A stretch of 50,618 bases of DNA, the filler included, from Jimgerdemannia flammicorona (Eukaryota): the NCBI GenBank assembly GCA_003990765.1. It is 2 parts of 2 records of this genome, joined end to end, with 100 filler letters (N's around TTAATTAATTAA, not from the genome) between each part and the next. Parts side by side here need not be neighbours in the genome. Positions count along the whole stretch, not along the records: positions 1 to 25,264 come from RBNJ01000860.1; 1 more part is not named here. One strand, 5' to 3'. The notes beneath the pieces were generated by a model. The model ran no database searches, was not told the DNA's origin, and saw only the letters and a list, made by a program, of their open reading frames with translations. The first letter of the stretch is position 1; the number at the start of each line of letters is the position of its first letter. Shown here piece after piece: positions 1-13,254 of the stretch. The position numbers and the translations under genes were made by a program.

Positions 1-138
1 AAAAAAAAAAAAAATTGTTTTTAAACAAATTGAGATATATTTTTAACAGAAAAACAATGTTTCAAAAAATCATTTTTTTCAAACTTTAATTTGTCTGCTA
101 AATGATTTTAAAAGATGATCTTATCTATAGACAAAGGA
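1..138. mobile_element. Right end of a small non-autonomous TIR element (MITE); same family as 37538-37799
   Basis: Bases 1-138 align nearly base for base with ~37662-37799 (ttaaacaaattgagatatatttttaacagaaaaacaatgtttcaaaaaatc...ctatag(a/t)caaag). Followed by ATAT at 139-142. Confidence 0.7.
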
Positions 139-259
139 ATATGTAAGATATAGTAGAAGATTTTTTAGTACTTCAAAAGACTTTCTATTATTACTATATT
201 ATTATTATTATTTACTATTTACTAGTATATAGTTTCTATTAACATAAAGTTGTCCATAA

Positions 260-1178
260 GTCTTATTTTTTATATATATAAGTTAAACTTTATCTTTAAA
301 AAAACTTTAGTCAATAAATCTGCTATTATATACTTCCTTAAGATATATTTTAGATATATAGTATTATTTTCTATATATTCTCAAATAAAATAATATTATA
401 TATTAATATACTTCATTCTAGTATAATATATAGAGTTTTTTACTATAAAAATCTTAGATTAATTATCTTGTTAGAATAGTGTAAAGTACTATTATTTATA
501 TTCTAACTTCTTTAGTAGTTCTCAAAGTTATATAACTTTCTTTATTACTATAGACAGTACTTAGTACTTTACTTATATAGATGATATTACTACTGAAGAT
601 TACTTATATATTTACTATAAAATAGCTCTATTTTTACTGATTTTAAAGAGATATTTAGTCATAGACTATCTGTTATCTAGGTTGCTAGTCTAATTGATAT
701 CATATATACCAGATAATCTTATAGTACTCTCATTTGATCTATGGTTACTTAAATATATTATATAATATGCTATATCTTTGATATATCTAAAAATATACTT
801 GTCTTGAGTATAAGATATATGAGAGATCTCATAGCTTGCTAATAGGAGATATTATTATCTTCAGGTATAGTATCACTAAATTTCTTTAGTCTTACAGATA
901 TCTTAATAGGAGTTCTAATAGATTTATATTTACTTATATTAAATTATTTGAGTATAGTTCAAATATATATAACTTATGATAGATATATAGTATATTTATA
1001 TCTATTATATATAATTGATATTTCAAGAAGATAAAATATATCATCCATATTTATTATCTTGAATTTCTGATATAGTATTACCTTTATATTATTAATCTTA
1101 CTTATTATTCTGATCAGAATGATATTATTAATTCAAATTTCTAGATATACTATTTCTGAGAATATATATTGGATATAT
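260..1178 (-). pseudogene. Ty1/copia pol fragment 1 (RT C-terminus and RNase H), heavily C>T/G>A mutated
   Basis: After reverting transitions the minus strand reads GAI.WQ..KQSSVA.SS.QAEY.ALS (~550-630), ADLLTK (~310-325) and a decayed (W/Y)VDD-IIL (~1115-1140). Confidence 0.8.
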
Positions 1179-2737
1179 TGTAATGGTGACCCCAGAATAA
1201 TGACATCAGTACAGAAGATAGTCTTTTCTTGCAAGCCACCAGATCAGAGTATAAGAAGATTATATAGATGAGATGAGTAATAATGACCAACTGTGAGTCA
1301 TTGTAACCACAGTATAGTATCTTGAGAAATATAAAAGAAGAATCAAGGAACTGCAGTAGCAGCAACCAATAAGACCCACAAATTCCAAAATAGCTCAAAG
1401 ACTTATCATAAATAAAATACCTACTGTCCACCAAATCTCAAGGTCAAGAAACCACCAAGGTACCTCAGTTGAAGAAAGAATGTTCCAAGATATCAGAAGA
1501 GCTATGAGGATCTGCTCAAGAAAGACTCCTAGTATTAACCTAAGTACTGGTGATCCTTATCACTATATCCTCTACTGCCATGAAATGGAAACCAGGATTA
1601 CTATTGCTACTGAATACCTCCAAATGTGGCAGGAATATGAAATAAGAAACCTTCTCTGCTAGGAGTTCCTATAGGCCAGTACTCAAGAGCTATAAGATGC
1701 CACTCCTATGGATATATGCAAAACAAGAACAGCTAAGAAGATCCATCAGATCTTCAGATATGTACTATGATCGAACCCCAACTTAGAGTATATTAGAGTT
1801 TCAGATTTCAGAGACCTGTCATTCTGCCATATCAATGTACTAGAAGCCAGAGTGGCTACAGAAGCCCAGTCCACTATCATCCTCAATAGTGATGAAGTAG
1901 AAGACTTCTAGCACTCCATCCTTCAGGACAACCCAGACCAATTCTTACAAGAATTGATCTCAGTATTCCAAGGCCCAAGCATCCAGGTTAGACCTCCTCA
2001 AGACCCCACATTTGTTCTCTATTTTGTAGAAGAGAACCTCATAGACTGAAGAGCTCCAGATCTCCTTGTTCTTGATTTCTCCATCACTAAATGTGATGAT
2101 GTTATTGGCAATGATGCCATCCTATATGACATATGTGAAATGCATGATAAAGTATACAAAGTATGCAAAACATGTGACCTATATGATGAATTTATAGACC
2201 TCATCTCCTTTGAAGATATCCTGACCTCTGATGATAAAGCCCCCATAGTCCTGAACATTCTGCTCTAAGTTCCTTAGTTATACTGAATAATGCCAGCACT
2301 AGTATTTAATGTAATACTAAATAATGCCAGTACTAGTATTCTGATATGATATTAAATTATATATACCAGTATCCTAAACCTGTACAACCATCAGTGCCAA
2401 CTCTGGAACTTAGCAGTTTTTCCTAACCTAGTATTTTATTTTAGTTATTGGAATTTATATTTAGCTTTATATCTTAGCAACTATTAAATTATATTTTGTA
2501 TAAATACTCCACTTATTTTCTCTGAAATAAAGTCAGTCAATTTAGTACAATATACACAATCCCTTGCAAACAATCTAAGAGATAACAAGATAGTTAAAGA
2601 TAAGAAGTTTGAGGACTATAAGACCTTGGAAAGGCACTCCAATAAGAACTTGCTTATAATAAACTTGAGTTAGTCTAAGAGATATACCTTAAAGAGAATC
2701 TGGCATATTTGAAGGACTCAGTGACTACTACATAATA
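1179..2737 (+). mobile_element. Solo LTR of the dUTPase-gypsy family (copy 1), ATAT TSD
   Basis: Starts TGTAATGG and ends ...TACATAATA (decayed TG...CA). Aligns along its length with 4435-5969. ATAT at 1175-1178 and 2738-2741. Copia RT continues across it. Confidence 0.92.
1417..2268 (+). pseudogene. LTR-encoded ORF, copy 1 (284 codons, start decayed to ATA, internal stops)
   Basis: One frame from ATA-CCT-ACT to ...IVLNILL-TAA; homologous to 4666-5472. Confidence 0.8.
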
Positions 2738-4434
2738 ATATATATAAATTAGCTTTACAATATTTAAATATATTATTCAAGAAGTATTTATTAATTTTTT
2801 GATTCTACAGTCTTATTATTTATTTAATACTATAGAGATTTTTATATAATTTATATATAAACTCTATTTGCTCTTTGTTATATAGTTTATATTCTTATGA
2901 TTAATAGATATATAGCTTTATATCTATATCACTATTTAAGAAGACTATCTTAATATCTATTTGGTAGATTTTATAGTTATATTTAGCTTTGATTGTAAGA
3001 AGTATTTTAAGTAAAATAAGCTTGAATAATAGAAAGAAGATTTCATTATAGTCTATACTATATCTTTATAAATACTTCTTTATTATAAATTAAGCCTTAT
3101 ACTATTCTATACTACTATTACTATTATATTTGATTTTATATACTCAGTAAGATTACATAGCTTATGTATCTATCTTTTAGAAGAGAGACTAGATCTCAGA
3201 TATCATTTTTGATAGCAAACTATACTTCTCATCTATAGTCTTTTTTTACTTCTTTTTATTATTTGAGTATATGGCTTTATTATAGTGTATTAGTTTACTA
3301 GTTATTATAATATAGATATACTCACAGATATAGTTTATATAATATTTACTATTATAATAAGATATCTTAGACTGGTCTTAATAATCTTTTAAATCTACTT
3401 CAACTTTATTTTATAGTCTAGATCTACTCTTTTTCTTATCTTTCAGAGAGGTATTCTTATTATTATTCTCATTTATAATTTTTATAATTTTTGGCTTTAA
3501 TAGTCTCATTAGTATATATGTATATAGGTTGTACTAGTACTGATATAGATACTAGAGATATCTTTAAAGTAATATAAATATTACTAGCTATACCATTGAG
3601 TTAGATATAGAGATAGAAATTTCTATATAAATTTCTTACTTAGTCTACTTAAATTAAATATCATAAGAGATAACTATATAATATTTCTACAGATTCTATA
3701 ATCTATATACTACTCCATCATATCTAAGGAATATATACTTATTTGTCTTAAGTTCAAACTTATCTTTATTATTACTCTTATCTAGAATATAAATCTTACT
3801 TCTAAATATTTATAAGTATAAAACATCAAACTTAGATCTACTTTACAATTCTTTAAAAATAAGATCAGTATTATTTCTGAATTGCTAATTATTGCTGAAT
3901 CTACTGAATCTGCTGAAATTCTTACTTAAAGCTTGAGAAATATAATAATTTTAAATATATACCACTATATTTACTACTTCAGCCTAGAAGGAGTATAGTA
4001 AGCTAGTCATATTTATTATTATTTGAGCTATCTCTACTATCATTTAGTTAAAGTGTTCTATTATACTATTCTATTCAGATATATAGAGAGCTATTATAGA
4101 GTATTGAATACTATACTTCTTTAAGAAGTCTCTGAAGGCTTTATTGATATATTCTTTACTATTATTTGAGTATAGAATTTATATCTTATATCTTATTTTA
4201 TTTTTTATAATTATCTTAATTTTCAGAATTTTTAAATATCTCATTCTTTACTATAAGGAAGTATATATAGACTTTATAAGTAAATTATCAATAAAGATGA
4301 TAAAGTATCTCTTTTTAGAGTATATTAAAGTTTGTATAGAGCCACAGATATCTATATGTATTATATTGAAAATACTAGCTACTTACTTCATTTATTTCTA
4401 AAAAGGTTACTGAGAAGTCTTATTTATTATATAT
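2738..4434 (-). pseudogene. Ty1/copia pol fragment 2 (integrase core and RT N-terminus)
   Basis: Minus strand gives IH.DICG.....KRYFIIFID (~4280-4365; copia integrase), QIDIK.VFLN.DID (~2920-2965; the copia QMDVKTAFLNG motif) and a decayed K.LYG.KQ (~2820-2845). Confidence 0.85.
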
Positions 4435-4665
4435 TGTAACAGTGACTCTAGAATGATGACATCAGCACAGGAGATAGCCTTTTCTTACAAGCTATCAGAT
4501 TAGAGTACAAGAAGAATGAGATGAGCAATGATGACCAACTGTGAGTTATTGTGACCACAGTTCAGATATCTTGAGAAATATAAAAGAAGGATAAAAAAAC
4601 TGCAGTAGCAGCAACCAACAAGACCCACTAATTCAAAAATAGCTCAAAGACTTATTATAAATGAA

Positions 4666-5472
4666 ATGCCTGCTGCTCACCAAACCTCAAGATCAAGAAA
4701 CTATCAAGGTATCTCAGTTGAAAAAAGAATGTTCCAAGATATCAGAAGAGCCATAAAGATCTGCTCAAGAAGGACTCCTAGTATCAACCTGGATACTGGT
4801 GACCCTTATTATTATATCCTCTACTGCTATGAAATAAAAACAAGGATCACCATTATCACTGAATGCCTCCAAATGTAGTAGAAGTATGAAATAGGAAATC
4901 TTCTCTGCCAGGAGTTCCCACAGGCTAGCCCCCAAGAGTTACAAGATACCACTTCTATGGATATACATAAAGCAAGGATAGCTAAGAAGATCCATCAGAT
5001 CTTCAGACATGCACTATAGTTGATCTCCAACTTGGAGTATGTTAGAGTTTCAGATTTCAGAGATCTGTAATCCCACTATATCAATACACTAGAAACCAGG
5101 GTAGCTACAAAAGCTCAGTCCACTATCACCCTCAATAGTAATGAAGTAGAAGACTTCTGACATCCTATCCTTCAGGATAACTCAGACCAATTTCTGTAAA
5201 GATTGATCTCAGTATTCCAAGATCCAAGTATCCAGATTAGACCTCTTCAAGACCCCACATTTGTCCCCTATTTTGTGAAAGAGAACCTCATAGACTGGAG
5301 AGCCCCAGACCTCCTTCCTGCTACTACTGAACATGATGACATCATCAGTGATGATATTATCCTGCACAACATTGAAGCATATAAAATATATAATGATGAT
5401 GAATTTGCAGATCTTATCTCCTTCAGTAATGATGAGGATGAAGCCTCTATAGTCTTGAACATTCTGCTCTAA
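4666..5472 (+). pseudogene. LTR-encoded ORF, copy 2 (269 codons; MPAAHQTSRSRN...IVLNILL)
   Basis: ORF-track pieces 4666-4878 and 5203-5472 are in the same frame. Internal stops correspond to sense codons in other copies. Confidence 0.85.
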
Positions 5473-5484
5473 AGTCCTTTGGTT

Positions 5485-5610
5485 ACACTGAGTTATGCCA
5501 GCACTGGCATTCTGATGTAATACTGAGTTATGCCAGTACTGGTATTCTGATGTAATACTGAATTATTCCAGTACTATTTTCCTGTATCACTGAAATTATA
5601 CCAGTATCCT
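5485..5610 (+). repeat. ~35-bp tandem repeats in U3 (enhancer-like)
   Basis: Unit (t)actgagttatgccagYactggYattctgatgtaa occurs about three times; similar repeats at ~2280-2370 and ~18510-18640. Confidence 0.7.
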
Positions 5611-5733
5611 GAACCTATACAACTATCAGTGCTGACTCTGGAACTTAGCAGTTTTTCCTGTTCTGGTATTTTATTTTAGTTATTGGAATTTATATTTAGC
5701 TTTATATCTTAGCAACTATTGAATTATATTTTG

Positions 5734-5766
5734 TATAAATACTCCTCTTATTTCCTCTAAAATAAA
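5734..5766 (+). promoter_or_regulatory. LTR TATA box and polyadenylation signal
   Basis: TATAAATA followed ~20 bp later by AATAAA, conserved in the plus-strand LTR copies. Confidence 0.65.
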
Positions 5767-5972
5767 GTCAGTCAAGTTCACTTATACACACTTCCTTACA
5801 AGCAATCTAAGAGAAAACAAGATAGTTAAAGATAAGAAGTTTGAGAACTATAAGACCTTGGGAAGGTATTCCAATAAGAACTTACTTATAACAAACTTGA
5901 GTTAGTCTAAGAGATATACCTTGAAGAGAATCTGGCATATTTGAAGAACTCAGCGACCACTACATGATAACT

Positions 5973-5990
5973 TGGTGTCCATTGGCTAGT
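5973..5990 (+). promoter_or_regulatory. Putative primer-binding site
   Basis: TGGTGTCCATTGGCTAG begins 3 nt after the 5' LTR end; cognate tRNA not identified. Confidence 0.6.
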
Positions 5991-6215
5991 AATTTAAGAT
6001 AAATTCCTCACTTTTAAGCTGAAAAATGAACAACTCCCACAATAACTACCCTGACTACAAGAGTCACTCCTACAAGAATTCAAGATAAGATGGAAATATG
6101 TCCCCCCACATTCTATGGATATACTACTGAAGAGTCAATCCTGACCTTCATTGAAGACTTTGAACAATTTGCCACCATACAAGCCCTTGGTGTGGATGCA
6201 CAATTGGCCCTTCTA

Positions 6216-6253
<38 letters not shown>

Positions 6254-6319
6254 CTTTTTTTTTTTTTTTTATAGTCTCTTGGACTGCCCTTTATTACTGA
6301 AGTCTATAATGTATACAAT

Positions 6320-9300
6320 ACAAGTCACCCCTGTCCTCAACCAATGCCCCGGGGGCCTAAACCCTCCCTCTCATCCTCCTCCTGCCCAAGCACCACCCAA
6401 TTACCCACTACCTGAACCCTCCCACCACTCTTCTGGGTGATATGCTGCACCAGACCCCTGTGGTACCCCCCACCCATCCCCCAACCCTGCTACCAACTAT
6501 TCAAAATATCCAACATCAACCATTCCCACCTAGCCATCTTGTCACCAACTCCGACCCAGTGCTCTTCCTCAAATACATAAACCCAGTGCCCTGCTAGTCC
6601 AACCCACATAGCCAAAGCCTAACTAAGGGTCAGCCATTCGTCCCCAACTCCACCCACCAGACGCTGGCAGAGCTCTCCCCACCTCCCCCCTTCCTCTCCC
6701 TCTCTGGCCCCCAGCCCTACCCTGTCCATAATACCTCTCCAAAACTCCCCCAAAACCTCACATTCACCAAGCCAATGTTCAGGCATTTGTATCACTCCTC
6801 CCTCCTGACTAACATTGAAATAATCCTCATACTTGAATATCCCACCATCCACCAAGTATCCAGACCGATAGTTCAACATCACATTCTGCCATAGGACCCA
6901 CCACCACACCACCCAGAACTTGGGGGGCAGCCACTACCACACCCATTTGCTCCAAAGCCAGAGTCCATTCTAATCTCACTCCTCCCCAATTCTAACCCTC
7001 TGCCAGGCTTCTGGCCACAGGTCCCCGCCAAGGCCCCACAGACACTCCAGACCCTTGCCAAGCTGAAAGTCCTCCACCAAGACCCCACCCAATAGAAGCC
7101 TGTCCCACTGCCACATCTGCGGTCCCCAATCCTCTTCGGCTTCATCACCTCACCACCGAAGTCCAATCTTCTTAGTACCATCCACCACCCCCCACCAAAA
7201 GCCTATAAACTGCATCTTCCTGCTCCCTTCTATGGCCACCATCACAAGCAGATCCCCAGAGCCACTGCATGGGGAGTACCAAACCTCCCACACCCTCTGC
7301 ATGAGGGGCACCCACTCCTGCCCCCTGAGCTCACTCGCCCTTCGCAGCCACCAGGCCCTCAGACATAGAAGTCGCTTAGTAAAGTCCACTAAGCCTAGCC
7401 CACCTCTTTCCAAGGGCAGTGTGAGCACCTCCCAACCAACCTGGCTTCGCCATCCTCCCCAGATCCATGACCTCGCCATCTTCAATAACTCCTTAACCAC
7501 CTAGGTTGGAAAATTCAAATGATATCCAATATACCACAGCTTCGGCATCCAGTACACATTCAACACCATCACTCTTCCGGCAAGGGACATATGCCAGCCT
7601 TCCCATCTCAGCAAAACATTACCCCACTCCAGAAGTTTACGGTTCCACCAAGCTCAGGGAAGAAGAGATCCAAACACCGAGAAGTAGATCTCCAAGTAGT
7701 GCACTGGTTCACCTGTCGGCACCACCGTCCCAATAACATCGCCACCAATAATTCCGACACCCAGCACCAGCATCTCGCATTTGTGCCAGTTAAGTTTAGC
7801 ATCAGAACCCTGCTCATACTATTCCACAGTCCTCTGTAACTCTCCCACATCTCCCAAGGAGCCTAGTCCGACCACCATATCATCAGCAAAGGCCCCCACC
7901 TTCCAGTTTACTCCTAAAATGTCCAAGCCTCCAATCTTATACTGAATCCTGTCCAGTAGTGGCTCTAGGGAAAGAGCATACAATATGGGCAACAAGGGGT
8001 CCCCTTGTGGTACCCCACATCCCAGGGGAAAGGTCACCCCCCAGTGGCCATTGATGACCAATGCCGCCTGACTGTCCTCCAAGAGGCTGATTAATGCTCT
8101 TTGGACCCCTGGCGGGATGCCAATCTACTTCAGCACTCCTTTCAGTCATAATCTCTGCACTCTATCATAAGCCTTCTCTTGGTCCAGAAACATCAATCTG
8201 CCATCCACCCCTGTTGCCTGGGCACCTTCAATCACTCCATGAACCCAGGCTGTCCCATCTCGAATCAACTGACCACTGACAAACCCACGTTGCTCCACAC
8301 TCAGAACTTGCTGGGCAATGCTCTGCAACCTCATCACCAAGATTTTCATCACCAATTTGCAGTCCATATTGAGAAGCATAATTGGCCACCAGTTCTTCCA
8401 GTCCTTATGCCTTCCCTTGTCCTTAAAGAGCAAAGAGACCAGCCCTAAGTGCTGTCCCCCAATCCAGGCACCAGACTGAAGAACTCCATCACACATAACA
8501 GTCATTTCCTCTAGCACCACACCCACCCCAGCTATCTTCTGCCAAAAATCCCAGAGAAGCCCATCCTCTCCCAGAGCTGTCTCCTTACTTGTTGAGGCCA
8601 CAACCCTGCAAATCTCCTCACCACTCACCAGGTCCCCCAATGCCCCAAGTCCCATCACAGGGTCTGGGTGCCAATCCCCCAGCTGTCTTTCAATGTTCAG
8701 AGCATCCAATTCCCCATCCTCCTCACTCCAAAGATTCCCCCACTGGGTTCGCAGTAGGTCCAGAATTGCTGGTATCCCCACCACCAGCTCGCCATTCTCG
8801 TCCAAAACTCCCTCCCACTACTGCCTCATACTTCAGGCTTGCAAAAATCATGACAAGAATCTGGTAGGCCTCTCCCCCTCCTCCAGTCCCTACCACCGCA
8901 GGTGGGCCACCATACCCTGCAACTGCTCCTCCTCCTCCCTGCATAGTACCCCTTTGAGCTCCTCCACCTCCTGCCGGATCCTCACAATATGCCAATCAGT
9001 CATGGCCCCATCCTCCAGCATACCTGCCCATCTCTCCATGAGTGCTGCTAGATGCCGCGAGGCCCACAGCACCCGCTGCCTTCACTGGGCACACTTTCCT
9101 TTTCCTGCTTCCCTCCAATACTCCTGAGCCTTCACCTTCAGCCTTCTCCAGTAGTCCCCAATCTCCAGTCCTTGTTCCCGCTATCTGCCTATATTTCCAA
9201 CCACCTCTGATTCCCATCCCTCCCACAACACCCTATCCTCCAACAGGGAAGAATTCAGTCGCCAATGTCCAGGCCCATCCTCATTTCCCCCAAACCTCCC

Positions 9301-9989
9301 CCCTCCAAGCAGCCCCCAGTGATCAGACCACGGACACCATACGACTTCTAGCACTGACCAGAAATCTGTCCCCCAACACTCTGCCATTAGAACCCAGTCA
9401 ATCCTAGAGCCCAGTCCTGCCGCCCAGTAGGTGTACATCCACCGATCAGCCCAAAAATGTCTTCCTGAGTCTACTAGAGAACACAACCTCTCTATCTCCA
9501 ACCAGTCACCCAACCCACCACTTTCACTCTGCACATCTCTCCCTCCATCAGTTCTGTCCAACTCCTTATCCTGTACCATGTTGAAGTCACCCCCCATACA
9601 GTCTAACCCAACTTCTCCCAACACACCAGCCTCCTTCAATCCGCGGATCCATTCCACCCTCTCCCCTCTCTCAGCTGGGCAGTAACAGGACCCGACTGTC
9701 AGCAGGCCCCATCCAGGCCTCTTCCACACTCCCTACACCACCCGAGACCCCCAATGTCCAATGTTCCCAATGTCCCCCATCCCTTTCCGAACGAGAATAC
9801 ACACTTTTCCCCTGTGCCCCCCCATTCCTTAGTTCAATCCTGTAAGTCCACATCTGCCTTATAATGAACATCCTGCAGTAAGAAGAGGTCTGCATCCAGT
9901 CCCTTAAGCCAACCAAAAATATACTTCCTCCTAGCCGACCCCTGTAGCCCATTAACGTTCAATGAGAAAATCCTAGTTGTACTGTTCAT
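6320..9989 (-). pseudogene. LINE ORF2 (APE endonuclease and reverse transcriptase), disrupted; 3' end approximate
   Basis: IFSLNVNGL, FLLQD, GGDFN, SRIDW, SDH (endonuclease); WPIMLLNMD.K, DQEKAYDRV, GVPQGDPL, AFADD, PLERGGLGL (RT and downstream). Confidence 0.92.
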
Positions 9990-10020
9990 ATTGAAGAAAT
10001 GTTGCAATAGAGACCCCAAT

Positions 10021-11913
10021 CTATAATTCCATACTCATCTCATCCCCTGTCAGATCCAAGTGCCACTCAGCTTCTACTTCACCCTCAGCATTATCCTGAG
10101 CATCCAGTGCTCCCAAGATTTCCTGACATTCCACTCTGTCCACTTCCTCCATATCAGCCCTGTAGTCCAAGCAGACAGTGTACCACTTCTCCAGTCTCTT
10201 CTTCGAATTCCACAAGAAAAATGCTCTATCACTTGCAATTCTCCTAAGTTCCTCCTCCCTCTGATCATCAACCTGATACTCAACTGACTTCAGGAGGACC
10301 ACCAGGATCTCATTCCTCATCTTCCTTGGCACCTCCTCCCCCTGTAGGATCTCCTCCCAATGCTTCTCCTCCAACACCCTGAAGTCCTCACCCCCCAGCT
10401 CTTCAGTTGCCACCCCTTCCAAGGTCTTCCACATCCACTTCTCCTCATCCACTGCCTCCACTGCCCCCTGAGCGATTTGTCCACCATCCACCTCAGGGTC
10501 CACCAGCATGCTCCTTCTCACTGACTCATCCTACTCCTCATCTGGCACATCCATTAGCTCCTCCTCTCCCTCTGCCCCATCCAGAACACTATACTGAGGG
10601 TGCACACCCTCACCCATTTTGGCATCCATCTCCAAATTGCCCTCCCTCCCCTCCCCACCACCAATCTGAACTCCGCCCTGGGCCATCTCTCCCCCCTCAG
10701 CCCAGGCACTCTTCTGTGACCCTGCAACTCCCTTCCCTGAGCTTCCACCAGCCCCACCCTCACCCAACTTTGCCAACAGTTCCTTCTGGATCCTCCTCCC
10801 CTGCATCTTTTCCCAGGCCCCCTTCTCCATCCAGACCCTCTTCCCATCCACAAACTCCTCCCAGGCCAATTTCCTCCTCACCACTGCCCCTTCCAGGTCC
10901 TCCAGAGCCTCCAACAGGTCCTTCTCCTCCTCCAGAGTCTCCTTCACCCTGGTGACCCTACACTCCACTGGTCCCCACCTCAGTGCCGCTGGTCAGTCTC
11001 TCGACTTCCCCATATTCTCCTTCCTAGCCAGCCTCACCCTGACATCGACATTGCCAGTTCGAAGCTCCGTGCCCTCCCAGACCTTGAACCCAACATCCAC
11101 AATCTCGCTATACTCCTTGACTGCCTCCACAACCAACTCCCTGGTCCTTTCCTTTGACACCATCAGGAGGTCCAACACCATCAACTGTACCACTCGGAGG
11201 TCCCAGCACATATACCGGGCCATAGGTACCACAACTCCACCAACCATCACCCCCTTCTCCATGGCTGCCAATAAGGCATCTTTCTTCTCAAACCCCACCT
11301 CAATCCCTTCCTTCTCCCTCAAGAACTTCACTGATGCTGCTCCCTTAGCCTTCTGCGCCACCAGTCCCAGAATCATCCTCGCCATCACTGCTAAGTCCCG
11401 GAAGCACATCATGACCATGAATTCTGACCTTGACTTCTTGAGTAATGGGGCCGACACTATGCCCGTCACCCCATCAGCCAGGTCTCCAGGCCTCGTGTCC
11501 ACTCCAAGTCCCAAATTGCCAACTGCCGTCACATCTGGATTTTTTACCAGATCTCCAGTCACAGCTCCATCAACAGTCACATCTCCAGCCCCTACTCCAG
11601 TCCCTTCCCTACCACCAGAAGTACCCCAGGGTACACCTCCCTGACCCCCAGCAGTCACCATCGATGCCTTCCCCAGGCCCAGCCAACCATCAAGCTCAGA
11701 AGCCATCTTCCCCATTCTGACCTTGTCAGCAAAGGTTGACCTCTCCCCTCCTCTCTGCCTCAGACTGCCCCTCCCTCTGCCACCAGGGCCTCGGCTAGCC
11801 ATCAAGGCCTCTGGCATCCCCAAACCATCTCCCCTCCTCTCTACCTGCTATCAGCCAAAGGCGCCATCATCCCCCTGGCCAGTACACTCACCAGTTCGAT
11901 CGTTGCTGTCCAT
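10021..11913 (-). pseudogene. LINE ORF1, disrupted
   Basis: Homologous to the open ORF1 at 24109. Gly/Arg-rich N-terminus and acidic coiled-coil-like C-terminus; stop lies ~30 nt before the ORF2 ATG. Confidence 0.85.
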
Positions 11914-13254
11914 GTTGTTAGTCATCGGACACCAAAAATGTTATAGAAAGTGTTGTCTGAGTCTTGTGTTACCCGAATGTTACTGGTGAAAGATGTTGGC
12001 CCTTCTACTAGTCAGCCTCAGAGGACCTGTCAGAGACAAGTTTAATATAGTCACTATTGCTGATAATAGTGCAGCCAAACTTGCCAACATGAAGGCCTTC
12101 CTCAGAATAACATACTATATCAAAGAGATCAAGCAAGCTCTCAAGAATTAACTCAATACTATCTGCCAGAGACTTAGTGAAGATCTCAACTCATTCTATA
12201 CCCAAATCTGTCACCAGATTGTCTTGGCTGGCTATGATGATGTCCTCAAGGAACAAATAGTGGATTCAACCTTCCTCAAAGGAGTTCACTCTGAAATTGC
12301 CTTAGCAATCTGGTCTACTCTAGCTGTACTGACTCTTGATCAGAAAGTGGTCTTTGTACAGAGATATTGGACTGCCAGACACTCTGCCGAACACTCAATA
12401 GAGAAAATAACTGACATCAAGATAGAGCCATTAAAGTTAACTAGTATTATACCTGCTACAGTTGTAAATAGACAACCAATCCCACCTACCCCCAAGGTAG
12501 CCAAAGCTGACCTAGTGGAGGAACTTACCAAGCAGTTCACTAAGATGACTACATACCTTAGTGATATTATTAGAGAAGTCTGAAGTACCAATAGGAGACC
12601 AGTGCAGAGATTTGTAGCTGCAATAGAAGAATACAATATCATATGCTTCAGATATAGAGAAGAAGGCCACTATGCAAAGAATTGTATGACCGAAATAAGA
12701 CACAAAGCCTAACTAAGCAATGCTAGCAGAACTAGAGAACAAACTAATACAGTAGTCATCAAGGAGATTGGCAATACTGATGATGAAGAATACTATGAGA
12801 AGCTTGAATTCTACTCTACTATTGAAGATACCAGAACCTGGTCCAAGCCCTATGACAAGAAGAGCAACAGCAAGCCAGTTGGAAGACTAAAGAAGACTCT
12901 AGCTATCACTATTCAAAGTAAGACTCAATCTAAGGAGATTGATCAAGATATAGAGTTAGATAAAGCTACCTACCAAATCATTGAAGACACTACTCTAGTC
13001 TCAGGAGAAAGTGAAAGTAAGAAGGAACAGAAGCTATGCAAGACCAAGATCCACCAGTATGATATCTACAAGAATCTCAAGAAACAGAAGGTCAATACTA
13101 CTTTTAGACAGCTAGCCAAAGTCTCTGCCTTCAGACAGCAGTTGAGAGTAGGACTTGTAACTACTGCCAAGAATCAAGAGTACAAGATTGTAGAAGCTCA
13201 CAATACATAGAAAGAATCTGAAAACTCAGGTGAAAAATCTGAAGACCAGCACAA

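Larger units (their letters stand above)
4435..5969 (+). repeat. 5' LTR (copy 2)
   Basis: TGTAAC start, direct repeat of 17447-18996. Contains the ORF, tandem repeats, TATAAATA (5734-5741) and AATAAA (5761-5766). Confidence 0.93.
6217..11995 (-). mobile_element. Full-length L1/Tx1-like LINE (ORF1; ORF2 with APE endonuclease and RT), poly(A) tail, 13-bp TSD
   Basis: Poly(T) at ~6218-6270, AATAAA on the minus strand near 6290, TSD TTGGCCCTTCTAC at 6204-6216 and 11996-12008, family 5' end CATCTTTC at 11995. Confidence 0.95.
6026..13200 (+). pseudogene. Gypsy gag (split by the LINE at 6217-11995) with CCHC zinc knuckle
   Basis: PPTFYG...FIEDFEQFA...AQLALL resumes after the LINE as LALLLVSLRGP. 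CFR(Y)REEGHYAKNC at ~12643-12686. Confidence 0.8.

Noticed and set aside
4144..4401. Hydrophobic 85-aa ORF
   Set aside because: It is antisense to the AT-shifted copia integrase; the hydrophobicity is a composition artefact.
6090..6440. 116-aa ORF with a poly-Phe run
   Set aside because: It is a chimera of gypsy gag and the antisense poly(A) tail and 3' end of the LINE.
7232..11989. Many Pro/Ser-rich plus-strand ORFs
   Set aside because: They are antisense shadows of the G-rich LINE coding strand.
11910..11995. HDV-like or hammerhead ribozyme in the LINE 5' UTR
   Set aside because: I could not fit the nested double pseudoknot or a CUGANGA/GAAA core by eye; only a short hairpin is supported.
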